64,000 nt of DNA from assembly GCA_918797485.1 (NCBI GenBank), contig CAKKNE010000001.1, positions 6,138,001-6,202,000 on the forward strand. The letters run 5' to 3'. Origin of the DNA: Pelagomonas calceolata. Its lineage: Eukaryota. A model generated the notes under the pieces. It was given only the letters and a program-made list of their open reading frames with translations. It did not search any database and was not told the origin of the DNA. Positions 60,946-64,000 of the stretch are shown piece by piece; positions within the stretch are counted from its first letter, which is position 1; each line of letters opens with the position of its first letter. Both the position numbers and the translations under genes were made by a program.

Positions 60946-61189
60946 TCACGACGACGTCACGGTGGACGTGTCAGAGCTCTTTGGGGGCTTCTTCTTCTGC
61001 GACTTAGCTTTTTCGCGTTCTTCCTTCGCGGCGGCCACTTCGTCCTCCATCTGTTTCGAGCGCTCCTTCTCATATTTGATAGCGAGTTGGGCGATGGACG
61101 CAATCTCGTACTCGAGCTGTTTTTCGGTGCGCGTCACGAGTTCTTCCTTCCAGTTGGGCTGGCGATGCTGGATGATGAGACGGCCGTTT
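60946..61189 (-). pseudogene. Orphan 3' fragment of a gene with a charged coiled-coil tail
   Basis: NGRLIIQHRQPNWKEELVTRTEKQLEYEI...KKKPPK...* has an in-frame stop immediately upstream and no ATG. Confidence 0.45.
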
Positions 61190-61675
61190 CAAAAAATCTA
61201 CGACGACGGCAACGCGTACAAGTGCTTCCCGAACGCGACGCGCGCCGCCTGCGACACGCTCAACGGCACGGACATCGCGGGCCGCTGGTGCGTCCTCAAC
61301 GGCACCTACACGCTGATCGGTCCCCTCTGCGATCCCGACGTGACGGAGTGCGACGAGATACGCCAGCGCCTCAAGCAGACCTGCGAAAAACCCTACCAGT
61401 TCGACGTCGCCGAAGGGGTATACACAGGCCTCGACGGGACGGACGTCGCCAACGGCACCTTTTGCATCGTCGAAGGGACGCGGGCCGTCGTCGAACTTTA
61501 TGCTTACGGCGCCCCCTGTCCAGGTGTCACAATCCGCACCGATGGATCCAATGCTGTCTGCATCGTGAACCTGTCCCCGGACGATCCGGTGGAGTCGAAC
61601 GCGGCGACGGGATCCGTCCCGCGCGCACTCCTCGTCCTTCTCCTCCCCGGGCTGTTGGCCCTCGGCTTGTTGTAG
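61184..61675 (+). pseudogene. Orphan 3' fragment of a Cys-rich, probably GPI-anchored surface protein
   Basis: Cys-rich with several N-x-T sites and a hydrophobic C-terminus (ALLVLLLPGLLALGLL*), but no signal peptide. The upstream sequence is the antisense of another gene fragment. Confidence 0.5.
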
Positions 61676-61754
61676 CTTCGCCCTTCTTGGTCCCCTGCCC
61701 CCCCGCTCCCGTCCTAAAACGAGTATACGGAGGCTTTCAAAAACCGAGGAGTTA

Positions 61755-61777
61755 CTAGTGTCTTACAAGCCGCTAGC
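61755..61777 (+). promoter_or_regulatory. Recurrent intergenic motif, copy 10
   Basis: CTAGTGTCTTACaagccGCTAGc lies upstream of ATG 62018. Confidence 0.65.
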
Positions 61778-62017
61778 TCACGCCTGGCGCAAAGTGTGGC
61801 GCACGCACGCCAACGCTAGTTTTTAAGTTGTTTCTGCAGTGATTTGATCAGTGCTCTCGGTCACTGATCAGATTCCAGCGCGCGATCCAGCACTGCGCGT
61901 CCGCACGCGACACTGCACACTGCTGCACAGCTGCACGCTTGCCTGAAATCGCTGCATTCAACGCCCATTAGTGGCCCGCTACGCCACCAGGGAAGTACCT
62001 ACACTGCTACTGCACGC

Positions 62018-62755
62018 ATGGACCTCTTCGGCTCAGACGACGACTCCGACGGCGAAGAAGTGCAGCGCCCCGGAGCGTGCGGTGTGCTGCAGTTTCACTC
62101 CGGTACAGAGGATGAAATGCTGCGCGTCGTCGCGGCGGAAGCACAACGCGGCGACGCGAGCGACACGCTCGCAGTCATCGATCGCTTCTGCCGCATACGC
62201 CACTGGATGATGCACGTCGGCGACGTGAAGGGGGCGATCCTTCGTGGCGCAGCAGCACGAGCGGCGCCGGGGCTCTGGGTCGAGCTCGGCGCCTACTGTG
62301 GGTATTCGGCCGTACTGCTTGCGTCGCAGATGCAGAGCGGAACGCTAGTCTCGCTGGACACGGAAGCTCATTGCGTCAAATGGAGCCGACAACTCGTCGA
62401 GCACGCGGGGCTCTCGGAAAGAGTCAAAGTGATGCAGTCGTCGCCGGACGAGACCGCGGCCGAAGCTCTCGCGCGAGAAATCCCGAGCCCGCGCATCCAG
62501 CTCCTCTTCATCGACCACGCCAAGGACCGGTATCTCGCCGACCTCGTGGCGCTCGAGCCCTACTGCGCTGAAGGATGCGTCGTCGTCGCGGACAACGTGC
62601 TCTGCTTCGACGGCGGCGCGAGCCTGAAACCTTATCTGGAGCACGTGAGAGACACGTCCCGCTACGCGTCGTCGACGCTGCACGAGGCGCCCGTGGAGTA
62701 CTCGGACGGCGAGCCCGACGGCGTCGAGGTGTCGGTCTTTCGGGGCGTAACCTGA
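62018..62755 (+). CDS. Catechol O-methyltransferase-like SAM-dependent methyltransferase
   Basis: MMHVGDVKG, VELGAYCGYSAV, LFIDHAKDRY, VVVADNV and DGVEVS. Confidence 0.9.
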   Translation: MDLFGSDDDSDGEEVQRPGACGVLQFHSGTEDEMLRVVAAEAQRGDASDTLAVIDRFCRIRHWMMHVGDVKGAILRGAAARAAPGLWVELGAYCGYSAVLLASQMQSGTLVSLDTEAHCVKWSRQLVEHAGLSERVKVMQSSPDETAAEALAREIPSPRIQLLFIDHAKDRYLADLVALEPYCAEGCVVVADNVLCFDGGASLKPYLEHVRDTSRYASSTLHEAPVEYSDGEPDGVEVSVFRGVT

Positions 62756-62855
62756 GAGCTTGTGTGTTCTAGCGTCGCCCACAGGAGGAGTGTTGGCCTT
62801 CCACGGCGCAACATGAGCAATGAAATCGCCACCTAGTACCCTTACGCGAGAGAAG

Positions 62856-64000
62856 CTAGGCCGCGCGCTCCGGCGGCGACACCGCGGTCCGCGCCGCGGC
62901 GAGCGGCGCCGCGCAGAAGACGCGCAGCGCGCCCGGGAAAATCTCGGCCTGGATCGCGCCCGACGGCACGGCTTCGCCGTCGAGGCCAGTCCGCGAGTCG
63001 TCGTCCGCCGCGGGCACGAGCCGCAGCGCGCGGCAGCGGTGGCTCTGGAAGCTCCGCTTGTGGATGTGCTTGCCGCCGTCCAATTTCAGGAAGCCGTCGA
63101 TCAGGTCGACGCGCGCCAGGAAGCCCGGCCGCAGCCGCGTGAAGACGAGGTGTATCGCACCATCGTCCAAACCCGCGGCCGGCGCCATGGGCGTCGTCTC
63201 GTCGACGTGGCTCACGTTGCACGCCATCATCAGCTGGTAGGTCGCGTCGCGGCGCTCCGTGCGCCAGGGCGGCGGCAGCGGCGCGCCGAGGGGCGGCAGG
63301 CGCGACGGCGCGAAGAGGCCGCCCTTGCGGGCCGGCTGCGTGCAGGGCAGCCACGATAACGTGGCGCGGTGGCGCTTCAGGCGCAAAATGTACCAGATGG
63401 CCGCGAGCGTCGTCCTCAAAGCCCCGAGCCAGCGGAAGCCCTCGCTCCCGAGGTCGACGTCGGCGACGAGGCCCCACTCCATCGCGAGAAAGGAAATGAA
63501 CGGTGGCCGCCTCTCGCCGAACTCGTACCTTACCAAGCCCATGGAACAGGAAAAGCCGCGCGCCACGTTGTAGGCGACGTCTACCGCACTTCCAATCACG
63601 TCGCCGCCGGCGCTCGCGACGGACGCGTGGCAGGCGTTGCCCGTGCCGCCGGGGCAGTGCGCCACTCTTATACTTCGAAGGCGCTGCTCCGGGTCCGCGA
63701 GCGTCGACGCGCCGTCGGCGAGGCCGCGGACGACCTCGGAAAGCGTGCCGTCGCCGCCCACCACGACCACCCCATCGTAGGTCACCTGCGGCGCCGCCGC
63801 GACCACACGGCACCGCTCCATGGCGTCGCCCTGAGCTTTCGTGACCACCACGTCGGCCTCGATGTTGGCCGCGTAGAAGACGGGCGCGACGTCCCGCTCG
63901 AAAACTTTTTGGGCCCGGCCCGTGCCGCCCGCCGGATTGACCACAACAAGCACCTTGTGGGGCGCGTCGGGGCTCAGCCGTTTTGAAAGTTGCGTCAGGT
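62856..64000 (-). CDS. Sphingosine kinase / DAGK-family lipid kinase, 5' end beyond the window
   Basis: VVVNPAGGTG, VGGDGTLSEV, PGGTGNA, WGLVADVDLGSEGFRWLGALR and LDGE. The frame stays open to the window end. Confidence 0.88.
   Translation of the reverse strand, partial: LTQLSKRLSPDAPHKVLVVVNPAGGTGRAQKVFERDVAPVFYAANIEADVVVTKAQGDAMERCRVVAAAPQVTYDGVVVVGGDGTLSEVVRGLADGASTLADPEQRLRSIRVAHCPGGTGNACHASVASAGGDVIGSAVDVAYNVARGFSCSMGLVRYEFGERRPPFISFLAMEWGLVADVDLGSEGFRWLGALRTTLAAIWYILRLKRHRATLSWLPCTQPARKGGLFAPSRLPPLGAPLPPPWRTERRDATYQLMMACNVSHVDETTPMAPAAGLDDGAIHLVFTRLRPGFLARVDLIDGFLKLDGGKHIHKRSFQSHRCRALRLVPAADDDSRTGLDGEAVPSGAIQAEIFPGALRVFCAAPLAAARTAVSPPERAA

Noticed and set aside
1634..61777. Recurrent CTAG motif read as a CRISPR repeat
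   Set aside because: Copies are kilobases apart and in both orientations, with no spacer array and no cas genes.
1706..64000. Sphingolipid/lysosomal gene cluster (ceramidase, cathepsin B, NPC1-like, sphingosine kinase)
   Set aside because: The genes are spread over 60 kb among unrelated loci, with no evidence of clustering beyond chance.

Overview
This is gene-dense, GC-rich eukaryotic nuclear DNA with short intergenic spacers, few short introns and bipartite signal+F plastid-targeting peptides. It is most consistent with a pelagophyte alga (Pelagomonas/Aureococcus-like); that assignment is inferred, not searched. About 35 protein-coding loci can be read, including an acid ceramidase/NAAA, a ZNFX1-like helicase, a DEAH helicase, a gamma-tubulin complex component, a SUN protein, cathepsin B, a CRTISO-like enzyme, an ABCB half-transporter, LipB, a COMT-like methyltransferase and a sphingosine kinase. 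I recognised no rRNA, tRNA or CRISPR array. Five things stand out. (1) A split gene (3085-~7640, minus strand) encodes a phage/bacterial-type tandem ABC-ATPase + GNAT enzyme fused to about five Tudor-like domains. It is a candidate chromatin-targeted nucleic-acid modifier and sits head-to-head with the ZNFX1-like helicase. (2) A family of intron-forming mini DNA transposons (introners) has ~15-bp TIRs and 8-bp TSDs. Three copies are clear, the family is spliced in both orientations, and several decayed relatives are present. (3) An intergenic motif, CTAGTGTCTTAC-N3-6-GCTAG, occurs 10 times, always upstream of gene starts. (4) A low-GC decayed island (52.2-53.7 kb) carries tandem serine-recombinase-like repeats. 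(5) Four junctions look like excised DNA: two promoterless head-to-head gene 3' halves, an in-frame mini-NPC1 and a broken O-fucosyltransferase. All family assignments are by motif recognition only.
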